Below, in pieces: positions 1-9,285 of a DNA stretch of 64,000 nt. The stretch is from an uncultured virus (IMG/VR IMGVR_UViG_2823577039_000003). Lineage: Duplodnaviria > Heunggongvirae > Uroviricota > Caudoviricetes. The translations under genes were made by a program, and so were the position numbers. The notes under the pieces were generated by a model. The model saw only the letters and a list, made by a program, of their open reading frames with translations. It made no database searches and was not told the DNA's origin. Positions within the stretch are counted from its first letter, which is position 1. Every line of letters begins with the position of its first letter. The stretch lies in IMG/VR virus record IMGVR_UViG_2823577039_000003; one strand, 5' to 3'.

Positions 1-660
1 CTATCTGTAAAGATCGCCAAAGATCGCCACTTTTTTAGGGCCTTACACATTTCTCTGAGAGTTCCACCATCATGACTTTGGTTAGTTCCTACTGTTGATA
101 TGAGATATCAACTATTATTTTACATTGTTATGTATTGTTATAGTAAGGACTGTAATGGTTAATTTCTACTGATGGGAAGATAAATCTAACGCTGGGAGTC
201 CGCAGGTTTGAGAGGGTTTTTGGCAACTGTCTTTTAGTGGCGATGGTCATGAAAATAAGATTCAAATCTGGAAGTTAGAGATTCAAATCTTTTTGTGGTC
301 ATTATAGTTACTATAGAAGACCGATCCGTCTGTAAATATTTACACAAAAACAACGGCTACTCAATTCGTCGTTATAAATATATTTAGTAGGTAGAGGATC
401 GCGATCTGAGTGCACGGCGTTGAATACTTTCTGAATCTTGATGTGACACCAATCATTAAATCCTAAAAAGGGTTACTGCGAGCCTGTTTATCATATATTT
501 ATACTTCCTACCCTTGCTAAATACACGCTATACGACGGACCTGATACACTGATCACTAACAAGTTACTTGAACTGGGTGGGCACCGTCCAGTTTATTTTG
601 TATCAATAAATATATCTTCCGTTTCGTTTCGTGACATTATATAAAGTCTCGCCTACAAAA
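1..660. other. Long non-coding region rich in palindromes and short repeats; candidate replication origin or regulatory region
   Basis: No ORF of 60 aa or more. Tandem AAAGATCGCC x2 (9-28); AGATTCAAATCT x2 (258-269, 279-290); hairpin GTTGATAT-GAG-ATATCAAC (94-112); palindromes TGTAAATATTTACA (331-344), TAAATATATTTA (375-386), GATCGCGATC (397-406). Confidence 0.4.
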
Positions 661-675
661 TAATGAAAAAGAAAA

Positions 676-831
676 TCACTCTTCTTCGTGTATACTTTGA
701 TAATTATGAGCAGGAACTTTGATGGCGAGGTCTGCTTGACAAGTAGGGCACTGTAATAATAAACATTTATAATTAGCGACTTCCCAAGAACGGTGAAGAA
801 TTAAAGTAGAGTCACAGTTGAAACACTTCAT
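676..831 (-). CDS. Small C4 zinc-finger protein (51 aa, not in ORF track)
   Basis: Manual translation MKCFNC...QCPTC...EEE*; directly downstream of the methyltransferase gene. Confidence 0.6.
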   Translation of the reverse strand: MKCFNCDSTLILHRSWEVANYKCLLLQCPTCQADLAIKVPAHNYQSIHEEE

Positions 832-836
832 AGTTA

Positions 837-1424
837 TCACTCGGGTGAAATAATGACATGAGTTTTATTTTTGAACTCGCCACCAGTTTCATGGTTTACA
901 GTTATCTTACCATTTACCAATTTGGCGATGTCTTCGGCTACGACCAGTTCGTCAGGACGTTCACAATCGTCCACAATAATATATTTACCTTGAAACCAAG
1001 CAGGATGGTCTTGAATGAAGGTTAAGATTCCGGCTCTTCCGATCCAACCATCTATTTCGCTGGCAGAAACATAATCAAAAGTTCCAGTGCAAGGCCCATC
1101 TATAATAACTAAATCAAAGTTATCGTCTTGTAGTCCTGCAGATAAGGCTTCATGATTATACCATAAAGTATCAGGATATTTATCTTGCTTCGGAGTGGGA
1201 CTAAGTGGGGCATGAATATATTTACTGCGATGAGGGCCAACATTAAACCGAGTAGCCAAGTTAAGCCATTTAGCATTATCTTCTACCGATATGACGGACC
1301 AGTGTTTTAGTAATTCATGTGTTCCAGAACCACTACCGAACTCTAAGATAGTCTTGCCTTCGGGCAGGATACTCTTAATATCTTCATAAAGTTCTTCACT
1401 AATGGCCCATTCTCCGAAACCCAT
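837..1424 (-). CDS. Class I SAM-dependent methyltransferase
   Basis: ILEFGSGSGT motif I, VIIDGP, IIVDD; start moved to ATG 1424 because TATAAGTAG lies 21 nt upstream. Confidence 0.75.
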   Translation of the reverse strand: MGFGEWAISEELYEDIKSILPEGKTILEFGSGSGTHELLKHWSVISVEDNAKWLNLATRFNVGPHRSKYIHAPLSPTPKQDKYPDTLWYNHEALSAGLQDDNFDLVIIDGPCTGTFDYVSASEIDGWIGRAGILTFIQDHPAWFQGKYIIVDDCERPDELVVAEDIAKLVNGKITVNHETGGEFKNKTHVIISPE

Positions 1425-1454
1425 AGATAGGGTATACACGATACCTACTTATAT

Positions 1455-2045
1455 CTAACTAAAGTATTCATCTACAGGTTCAACTCGGTTTTCTAAATTA
1501 TAATAATCTATGTATTCTTCAATAAAGGTATAGTTAATAGTTCCAAGACTGTGAGCAGGTTTCAACTCCATTCCGGACTCAAACTCTGTCCGGTCTTTAC
1601 TTTTAGTAAACCCATATGAACCACTGCCAGATGCTGAGCCATAATCATATACTTTTACTTTGAAATCCATAAAAGATTCAGACATACTTCCTAAATAATC
1701 AAAATCTCGGAGATCTGCTGGGAAGGATTCTCCAATACGAACAAAGAACCATTCTGATTCAGGATAAGTTTCATTATCTTTAGCCATTAGTTCTACCATG
1801 TTGTTAATATCTCCTTCAGGATTATAAGATTGATACCACTTGGTTCTTTCAGTAGACATAATTTGCCACACGGGATAGATGTAGGGTGTTCCATAACGAT
1901 TACCAGAATTACTATCATATTGTCCCCACATAGTATCTTCAAACACCTCTTCAGGAAGTTTACCAATAGTTTTTTCAAAGAGTCTTTCAATCTTATCTGC
2001 TATTTCGGCAGTATAGCCAAAGTAAACATCAGAATAGTGACCCAT
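1455..2045 (-). CDS. Hypothetical protein, paralog of 12081..13067
   Basis: MGHYS..F / KWYQSY / FFVRIGE motifs shared with 12081..13067. Confidence 0.65.
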   Translation of the reverse strand: MGHYSDVYFGYTAEIADKIERLFEKTIGKLPEEVFEDTMWGQYDSNSGNRYGTPYIYPVWQIMSTERTKWYQSYNPEGDINNMVELMAKDNETYPESEWFFVRIGESFPADLRDFDYLGSMSESFMDFKVKVYDYGSASGSGSYGFTKSKDRTEFESGMELKPAHSLGTINYTFIEEYIDYYNLENRVEPVDEYFS

Positions 2046-2113
2046 GGTTTAGGATGGTCTTGACTGCTATATGTAGTTAAGTATAAATAACTGTTCGGTG
2101 AAGACTGGTTACT

Positions 2114-2377
2114 ATGAAATCACTGCGTAATCCCATGTCCGATCATCAGGACACAGACCACTTTTCCTACAATAAAAGTTGGGAAGAGATTGAGGCTATG
2201 TTAGACAAGGCCGAGCGCAAGATGAACAATTGGATTACTGTGTTTTATGAGGCACAAGCCCGTAATAATAAAAGGGTTATGAAAGATGCTGCTCGTAATA
2301 AGAAAGCATTAGAAGGAGTTATAAAGACTCTACGGTGGACTTTAGGAGATAAAAACATCAAGAACCCATTGAATTGA
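2114..2377 (+). CDS. Small helical hypothetical protein
   Basis: ORF with TATAAATA 24 nt upstream. Confidence 0.6.
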   Translation: MKSLRNPMSDHQDTDHFSYNKSWEEIEAMLDKAERKMNNWITVFYEAQARNNKRVMKDAARNKKALEGVIKTLRWTLGDKNIKNPLN

Positions 2378-2386
2378 TGTGTTAAT

Positions 2387-2905
2387 ATGGTAGTTAAATC
2401 AGCCACGAAAAAGAAACTAATGGATATGGGTATCCCTGAAGAAGTAGCACATTTATTATCGGACGATAGAAAGTGGGCCGATGCCAGTGGGATGCAGCAG
2501 TGGGATACTATAAAAGATTTAATGAACCGACCTTACCAAGAGTTCGTAGATATAATTAGACCCGTCATGAATCATTATCCTTTCAAGAATGCACCCGTAG
2601 AAAATCTTATGCTGTGGCACGGTATAATTGATGAAGAGTTTGTCAACCAACATCATATAAAACCTGAAGAAGCAGTATTTTATACAGGCGTAGGTCATGT
2701 AATGTATCTGGGTGGTGGTTCTCCTGTTCCAGCCATCAAAAATCGTTTAAAGCAATATGTGGAAGGTTCTGCTATTCCAGAATACAAAAAATGGAACGAT
2801 GAATCATTAGACTCCAAGCGGTTGAGATTTCAGAAAGCATGGTCACCCGTATCACTACATCATAACTCTATTAACTATAAGATGGTTTGGTTTGACTTAT
2901 TTTAA
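2387..2905 (+). CDS. Hypothetical protein
   Basis: 172-aa ORF co-oriented with 2114..2377. Confidence 0.6.
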   Translation: MVVKSATKKKLMDMGIPEEVAHLLSDDRKWADASGMQQWDTIKDLMNRPYQEFVDIIRPVMNHYPFKNAPVENLMLWHGIIDEEFVNQHHIKPEEAVFYTGVGHVMYLGGGSPVPAIKNRLKQYVEGSAIPEYKKWNDESLDSKRLRFQKAWSPVSLHHNSINYKMVWFDLF

Positions 2906-3069
2906 GCCACTAAAGCCAATCCTACTAAAGCAGAAGTTCCTAATACTTTGGCACCGACTAATCGTTGGTTAGTTTTGAGAACACCTACAGAATATAAGCC
3001 GATAATAATAGCATCAATAAGCAGAATGGTAGCAATTGAGTTGGGTATACCTAATGTTGAGCCTTTCAT
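2902..3069 (-). CDS. Small two-TM membrane protein (55 aa, not in ORF track)
   Basis: Manual translation MKGSTLGIPNSIATILLIDAIIIGLYSVGV...LVGLALVA*. Confidence 0.6.
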   Translation of the reverse strand: MKGSTLGIPNSIATILLIDAIIIGLYSVGVLKTNQRLVGAKVLGTSALVGLALVA

Positions 3070-3074
3070 ATTAT

Positions 3075-3659
3075 TCACAATCCTTTGAGTAGACTTGCAC
3101 CTGACGAGATCGCAGTAGAGGCTACATATGCATCAGGATGACGCATCATAAATGTATAATTAGCAAGAGCACCCAGCACTATAACTAAACCTATGCCACC
3201 TAAGATATATCCTGCGGGACGATTCCATCCAAACAGAGGTTTAGAGTCTGATGCCGCAACTGTAGTAACTACTGTTTCTTTATCTGTATCTAAATTAGTT
3301 TCCTCGGGTTGCTCTTCACCGCCGGGACCCAGTTCAGGAGTGGTGGTATTGCTACCTTCCTCATCTGCAGACATGGTATCTACACGTCTTAAAGTTATTT
3401 CAGGTAGTCCTGAAGTATATTTAGGTTTCGCTGTGAGTGTGCCATCAGGATTAGTAGTAACTACATATCCATCTTCCCAAGCATCTAAAGTTTTGGTAGC
3501 ACCATCATCACCTTGCCAGAGAGAAGATCGTTGCCTGTCATTAAGATATGTCCAGTTAAGTTCATTTGATGGGCCACCATAGAATGCAGATACATTTTGT
3601 AAGTCATCGCCAACCCATTGGGTTAGAAATGGTGCGTTAAATAAGTTATTTCCAAACAT
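3075..3659 (-). CDS. Membrane-anchored surface or virion protein
   Basis: Acidic/Thr-rich linker then C-terminal TM (YILGGIGLVIVLGALA). Confidence 0.65.
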   Translation of the reverse strand: MFGNNLFNAPFLTQWVGDDLQNVSAFYGGPSNELNWTYLNDRQRSSLWQGDDGATKTLDAWEDGYVVTTNPDGTLTAKPKYTSGLPEITLRRVDTMSADEEGSNTTTPELGPGGEEQPEETNLDTDKETVVTTVAASDSKPLFGWNRPAGYILGGIGLVIVLGALANYTFMMRHPDAYVASTAISSGASLLKGL

Positions 3660-3663
3660 GATA

Positions 3664-4560
3664 TCACTTCTTCAAAGTTATTAGTAATGCTACGAAGGCT
3701 AATCCTCCGAGTCCGTAAAGTAAGAAAGGAGTTTGCGTATCGTCATCAGTATCGTCGTTATTATCACCTTCTCCACCTGTTCCTCCACCGCTGGTAGTAA
3801 TATTGGTTACACCAGTTTCACAATCTTTTGTTTCTTCTTCTGATAAATGAGGGCAGACGCTACCGCCTCCAGAAGCAGGAGTTGTAACAGTTCGGTTGCG
3901 AGTTCGGGTGCCACATTCATCGTCTGACCAAGCCGACCATTCACTCCACGCACTAACTACACAATTTACTGGGTCGCTTCCACTGCTGCCACCATTACCT
4001 GAACCACCCGTATCCGGGGTTTCTTCATAAACATCTATGAGAGAAATATAAACTTCATCATCAATAGATTTATCTGTATTAGTATATAGATCTGTGCCCT
4101 GAACTTTTATGTCAAACCGAGCAATACCTGTCCAATCAGAATCTATGTCTACTTCTAAATAATCTCCGCCTTTGAGGATAACTATGGTAGAATCACTATC
4201 TTTAGATACGACTCCATAAGAACTATCACTAAATTGGTCTTGGAATCTTTCTTGGAATCCATATTCACCACGAGTTTCAAACTTAAACTCTAATTTAACT
4301 TGATAACCATCTCTAACTTTTATTTTCACGGCACCTGATTTGGTGCTTCCACCATCATAATTAGATAAACCTAATTGATTATCATTAACCCACCACCAAC
4401 GTCCATCGTCCATGGCATCGCCTTCTGTTCCACGAATAGTAAACTCAGAAAAAGGTCCTGAACTACAGGTTTCGGTAGTAGCAGATCCAGAATCAGTGCA
4501 CAGGGCTTGAATAGATTTAAGTGTCCAACCAGATACTTGTTGCCAACCTTCTAAAACCAT
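3664..4560 (-). CDS. Surface protein with thrombospondin type-1 (TSP1/spondin-like) repeat and C-terminal TM anchor
   Basis: CVVSAWSEWSAWS..CGTRTRNRTV...GG..CP.L.E...C pattern; ends LLYGLGGLAFVALLITLKK. Confidence 0.75.
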   Translation of the reverse strand: MVLEGWQQVSGWTLKSIQALCTDSGSATTETCSSGPFSEFTIRGTEGDAMDDGRWWWVNDNQLGLSNYDGGSTKSGAVKIKVRDGYQVKLEFKFETRGEYGFQERFQDQFSDSSYGVVSKDSDSTIVILKGGDYLEVDIDSDWTGIARFDIKVQGTDLYTNTDKSIDDEVYISLIDVYEETPDTGGSGNGGSSGSDPVNCVVSAWSEWSAWSDDECGTRTRNRTVTTPASGGGSVCPHLSEEETKDCETGVTNITTSGGGTGGEGDNNDDTDDDTQTPFLLYGLGGLAFVALLITLKK

Positions 4561-4571
4561 TCCCTTCACTC

Positions 4572-5015
4572 TCAATTATCACTGATAAAGTTATGTCTAA
4601 TCTTGAACTCGGCACTACCCAAATCATAAGAAGCATTGGAGGTTGGAAGAACATGGCCATTCAAAGCAATACCATCAATTTCTAAACTATTACCGCTCTT
4701 CCGAGCAACTTGAAGTATTCCACGAAGTTGTGCTAATTCGGCAGAAGTTAAATCTCCTCCAGTTCCGGGTGCACCGTCTTGACCATCCTGTCCAGCATCT
4801 CCTGTTGGACCTTTGTCCCCAATAATACCTTTATCTCCTGTTGGACCCTTGCTTCCTGTATCTCCTTTATCACCGATTGGACCTTTCGGGCCGGGCGGAC
4901 CTTGTGGACCAGCAGGGCCTTGACCTTGTGGGGCTTGTTGAGATACTGGCCTACCCGGTTGTCCTAATAAACCACTCCATGGGGCCTCAAATAGATCAGA
5001 TTGAACGATTCCCAT
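4572..5015 (-). CDS. Collagen-like (G-X-Y) fibre protein
   Basis: Run of G-X-Y triplets (GPQGPPGPKGPIGDKGD...); C-terminal GHVLP..NASYDLGS motif seen in viral fibre proteins. Confidence 0.8.
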   Translation of the reverse strand: MGIVQSDLFEAPWSGLLGQPGRPVSQQAPQGQGPAGPQGPPGPKGPIGDKGDTGSKGPTGDKGIIGDKGPTGDAGQDGQDGAPGTGGDLTSAELAQLRGILQVARKSGNSLEIDGIALNGHVLPTSNASYDLGSAEFKIRHNFISDN

Positions 5016-5091
5016 ACCTTTATTGCCACCTCCCGACTATTTAATGGTTACCATCGCAGCATTTATATACCAGAAGCAATAAACTCTTAAT

Positions 5092-5742
5092 ATGCCCATT
5101 GATAACGAGATACTGTCTCCCGTTCCGATTTGGATTTGGGTAGACCCAAAAACTAAAAAGAAGCATTTAACTGGAGGTTATGGCCAACCTGATATGACTA
5201 AGTGTTTGTGCTCTAAGAAAATTACTACTAAGACTGTGGTAGATGTGAGAGATGTAGTTCCATACAAAGAGGGTCAAGATTATAATCAATACTGTTTAAA
5301 ATGTTTGAATATGTTAAGATACGAAGCCTTGGAATACAAAATATATTTCGCAGCCGTAGATACTCCCGTGAAAGGTAAATCTTTTGGTGGAGAAATTATC
5401 GCAGGTCAATTAACTCGTCGTTCACCACCTACTGAACTTAATAACGCCCCTGCTAAACCTAAAACTGCTAAAATTAAAGATGTGGCCGGATCACCTCCTC
5501 CTAAGAAATACAAACATAGATTAAAATCCAGCATGAAGCCTAAGAAAGTTAAATCTACTAAGAGTCAAATGCCTAAAAAGAGAAAAACTCGTTCTGATAA
5601 GGGTCAAAAGCGAGGACCTCGCACTGCAAAGGTAGATAAAGGTAGCAACACTACTGATACACATGGAGAGAAGTCTGCTAAAGAAATTGTTGGTGGAAAG
5701 CGTAGCAAGCGTAGCAGCACATCTATGGAAGATGTATCCTGA
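5092..5742 (+). CDS. Basic protein with Cys cluster and Lys-rich tail; putative DNA-binding
   Basis: CLC...CLKC; K/R-rich C-terminal half; TTTATATA 22 nt upstream. Confidence 0.55.
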   Translation: MPIDNEILSPVPIWIWVDPKTKKKHLTGGYGQPDMTKCLCSKKITTKTVVDVRDVVPYKEGQDYNQYCLKCLNMLRYEALEYKIYFAAVDTPVKGKSFGGEIIAGQLTRRSPPTELNNAPAKPKTAKIKDVAGSPPPKKYKHRLKSSMKPKKVKSTKSQMPKKRKTRSDKGQKRGPRTAKVDKGSNTTDTHGEKSAKEIVGGKRSKRSSTSMEDVS

Positions 5743-5798
5743 ATTAACAATGCAAGAAATTATTGACTTGGCTGACAATCAGGCTGGGTTATTGAACG

Positions 5799-6374
5799 GT
5801 GAGTGGGATGTATAAGTGGGGATTATCCAATTGGGATTTGAAAAAGGCTGTTGAGTTAGCCAAGAAATCTGTAGAATACTACGATAAACGCTTCGGCAAG
5901 GGCGGAAGTGGCAATTATCAACATAATCGTTTGGAAGGTTGTTTAGTGGGAACTAAATGTGAATATGCTACTTTCGGCTGGTTACGATGGAAGATGAAAG
6001 GAAGTGGTCGTAAGATTACAGCCGATTTTGAAAACCTGACCAGTCATACAGATGTGATGTGTGACGAACAGAAAATAGAAATAAAAGGATTACGCAACCA
6101 TCAATGGGATCCTTTCAAGCGATGTATACCTCCAACTCAATTAGATAAATATGTCAAAAAGAATGCTATTGTTATTTGGGCTACTTGCGAGGCAGACCAA
6201 AAGAATCCTGAAGTAAAACTATGGGGTTGGAACTGGGCTTCTGATGTCAAAGATAAAGGTGTCTTCCGTAAAACTATTTGTGATAACATCTGGTTGAAGG
6301 ACGATAAAGATATGCGGTCTATGGATTCCTTGATTGACGTGCTCAGCGAAAATATAAATAGCGAAAGCCAGTAA
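5799..6374 (+). CDS. Putative PD-(D/E)XK-fold nuclease
   Basis: G..CE.A helix, TDV...IEIKG motif. Confidence 0.5.
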   Translation: MSGMYKWGLSNWDLKKAVELAKKSVEYYDKRFGKGGSGNYQHNRLEGCLVGTKCEYATFGWLRWKMKGSGRKITADFENLTSHTDVMCDEQKIEIKGLRNHQWDPFKRCIPPTQLDKYVKKNAIVIWATCEADQKNPEVKLWGWNWASDVKDKGVFRKTICDNIWLKDDKDMRSMDSLIDVLSENINSESQ

Positions 6375-6383
6375 ATATATGGT

Positions 6384-8342
6384 ATGAGCCTATTTGCTGC
6401 AGCGTTTGTTGGTGGCATGACCGTATGGTTAATCAACTATATGGAAGATAAAAAGACTGAAAAAGACCTCACACAAATGTATTATGATAAGTATGGGGCA
6501 CAATGGGATGAAAAGATTTATCCTCAAGGTGTCGTTCAGAATGCATTAGGTTATGGTGAATCTCCTACTTTGTATTATAATGAGGCTGAGACTCTGAAAC
6601 CAGTTGGTGAAGGACTCAAAGGCGCACAACGAAATAAAATTGTGATAGATCGCAGTGATGTAGAGTATTATTTTAATTTTAGAATGGGTGACCAAACAGG
6701 AGATTTGAAAACCAGCCAGAACATACCCATGTGTTTTACGGTGTCTTATGATAATCAAGGTTCATTTGATTTCAAGGTGGGTGAAGTAGCAGGAGTAGTA
6801 AATCTCCTTGATGACGCAAACTTCTATTATTCTTCTAACCCAAAACATATGAATTATTCTCCTGATGGTTGGAAGTGGGTAGAAACGTTACGCACACCTG
6901 CTTATGTTTTAGAACATAATAACATGGAGTTTACACCGCACCTTCCTGCCAGTCCTAATACTATGTGGAGAGGCGCAAGAGTGTTCAATGAGCATGAAAC
7001 GATTCCTGAAGGTGGTGCCCGACTTAACGAAAGGCAAACCGAATCTATGGATATATATTTAAGAAACCCAAGTAATAAAGAGGAAGTAAAGTTCTTTACA
7101 GTATATTTTAAAGATCGGGCAGACTATTATTATGATGACCCAGACTTTGATAGATATGATTTCCGAAGCAAGGAACTTATGGTAGAAATAAGGGATATGT
7201 TGGGAGAAAGAATGTTTTTGTCGCCCCTTCCTACATTTAATGCAGAATCAGAAGTTGTTAGTGGCAAAAAGCGTGGAAAAGTTATTTCTATGATTGGAAG
7301 TGATCCACGTCTTCGTAAACTAACTAAAGATAAAGATATTACTCCAGAAGAGGCTGCGAAAAGGTTAGAAATATCTGCGGAACAGTTTGCAGTAGAGTTT
7401 GATGACTGGGCTGAACAAGAAATGAAAACCCACGGATATGATATATCTTTCCGTGAGTGGGCAGATGAAGAATCTGGAAGTCATGGTGATATAGAATTAT
7501 TAGATTGGGCACAACACGAAGAAGAATCGCATGATGCTCGTTATGATGCAGAATCATATAAGCCTCCTGCCAGTGCAGTTAGTAATGCTAAGCGTGGTTT
7601 AAGTTTAAGAAAAGAGTTTGGCCGGGGTGGATTATCACCTTCAGAAGCGAAAGCGCAAGGAATTGATTCTGGTGTTACTCGTGCTCGTAAAATAGCATCT
7701 GGTAAAGTAAGTCGTCATGATGTGCGTCGTATGTCTGCTTTTAATCGTCATCGCAAGAACTATCGTCCTGAAAAGAAAATGCCTGATGGTGGTCCAACCG
7801 CTGGAACGATCGCATGGTTATTGTGGGGCGGAACTTCAGGAGTGAATTGGGCTAAAAATAAATCTGCTTCAATGAATGCAGAATCAGAAATAGTCGTCGT
7901 GCCAGAATGTTTGTTTTGTGAAAATGATGATACTGATGAACCTTTAGTAGAAGTATTGTTAGATGGATATCCAGAACTTATTTGTGAAAGTTGTATGGAT
8001 CCTAATAATTGGGCTGCAGAATCTTTTGGACCTGTAGACGAAGATGGAATCTTGGCCAAAGCCTTGGCTAAGGCTCGTGCTAAAAGTAAAGAACCTCGTC
8101 GTCCATTAAAAATAACTAAATTACCACATCGTAACCAGAAGTCACTTAAAGATTTTGAAGAGTTTAATTCTGCTATTGTGTATCGGAAACCTGAAGGTAT
8201 AGTAGCACAAGTCATGGCTAAAGAAAAAGCCTTACAACAATTAGCACTCTCTGAAGCCTTGTTAGAATTAGAACAATACATTAGATTAGGTATGATTACC
8301 GAGGAAGAGGCATTTCGTAAAATAGTGCAGATGTCACAATAG
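6384..8342 (+). CDS. Mosaic polyprotein-like protein (N-terminal TM, acidic repeats, IAWLLWGG domain, C4 Zn finger)
   Basis: Modules separated by xNAES/xDAES/xAAES linkers; triple repeat (E/S)FxxWAxxE..HG; QKSLKDF PIP-like motif. Confidence 0.7.
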   Translation: MSLFAAAFVGGMTVWLINYMEDKKTEKDLTQMYYDKYGAQWDEKIYPQGVVQNALGYGESPTLYYNEAETLKPVGEGLKGAQRNKIVIDRSDVEYYFNFRMGDQTGDLKTSQNIPMCFTVSYDNQGSFDFKVGEVAGVVNLLDDANFYYSSNPKHMNYSPDGWKWVETLRTPAYVLEHNNMEFTPHLPASPNTMWRGARVFNEHETIPEGGARLNERQTESMDIYLRNPSNKEEVKFFTVYFKDRADYYYDDPDFDRYDFRSKELMVEIRDMLGERMFLSPLPTFNAESEVVSGKKRGKVISMIGSDPRLRKLTKDKDITPEEAAKRLEISAEQFAVEFDDWAEQEMKTHGYDISFREWADEESGSHGDIELLDWAQHEEESHDARYDAESYKPPASAVSNAKRGLSLRKEFGRGGLSPSEAKAQGIDSGVTRARKIASGKVSRHDVRRMSAFNRHRKNYRPEKKMPDGGPTAGTIAWLLWGGTSGVNWAKNKSASMNAESEIVVVPECLFCENDDTDEPLVEVLLDGYPELICESCMDPNNWAAESFGPVDEDGILAKALAKARAKSKEPRRPLKITKLPHRNQKSLKDFEEFNSAIVYRKPEGIVAQVMAKEKALQQLALSEALLELEQYIRLGMITEEEAFRKIVQMSQ

Positions 8343-9260
8343 GTGGCACAAATGTGGATAAATACATTTGATATTGTGCAAGAACCTGCAGATACTGAAT
8401 TAAAACACACTGGTCAAGCGTGGTTGTTTGATGGTGCTCTAATGATCGCAGAAATAAACGTTACAGGTCGTGATGGCACTAATTTTATTATATTTAAATC
8501 AGGTGGACAAGATGGCGTAACCAAATGGTTACAGAAAAATGATTACCAATTAAGTTGGAAAGCCATTAAAAGAACTGAAGTCCCGTCAACAGATGAAAAA
8601 ATTAGAATTAGAATGGCTATGGACCCCAGCCTTGGTTTAATACAGTTTGATGATGGTAGAACTATAAATAAATCTGATGTCATGGGGCCATGGGCTATCA
8701 ATGAGGTAGGACATAGAACGATGTCCAAGAAATTAGGCACTCTACAACCAAAAGAAACCAATAGAACGTATGTGGTAGTGGTAGATGGTAGTATTGTAGC
8801 CTTTATGCCTATGGAGGCTTTTCAAGATCCTCGTTATGGTATCACTGATTACGAAGGTGGTGGCCATAATTTCTGGATACCTTTTATGATGTCTGGCGGT
8901 AGGTCAGGAACAGGATACATTATGACAACAGAAGTTCCTCAACTACAAGCAAATATACTTCTTAAAGCGTTAAAGAACCAAACTAAAGGCGAAAAGATGC
9001 AGGAAATCTTGGGTTATGTTTTAAATAATTCACCTATGGCACCCCTTCCGGAGTTTCAACCCCGATTAGAATGGATGGCTCAGAAACAACAAGAAATAAT
9101 GGATGACGAAGAAATAGATATTGAAGAGTCTGCTGGTAGAATGAGTCAAGAACTGATTAGGGCCATAAAAAGTAAAAAGCCTGAAGTTTTTGATAATAGT
9201 TTTACTCTGGACGGCGGTTACGTCGTGGAAGGACGAGAATACGAGTGGCCAAAACCATAA
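8343..9260 (+). CDS. Hypothetical protein
   Basis: 305-aa ORF abutting the upstream gene. Confidence 0.6.
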   Translation: MAQMWINTFDIVQEPADTELKHTGQAWLFDGALMIAEINVTGRDGTNFIIFKSGGQDGVTKWLQKNDYQLSWKAIKRTEVPSTDEKIRIRMAMDPSLGLIQFDDGRTINKSDVMGPWAINEVGHRTMSKKLGTLQPKETNRTYVVVVDGSIVAFMPMEAFQDPRYGITDYEGGGHNFWIPFMMSGGRSGTGYIMTTEVPQLQANILLKALKNQTKGEKMQEILGYVLNNSPMAPLPEFQPRLEWMAQKQQEIMDDEEIDIEESAGRMSQELIRAIKSKKPEVFDNSFTLDGGYVVEGREYEWPKP

Positions 9261-9285
9261 GTAGGTAGTTGCTATACTTATATTT

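Noticed and set aside
1..660. Mini-CRISPR array
   Set aside because: Repeats are 10-12 bp, occur only twice each and are not regularly spaced
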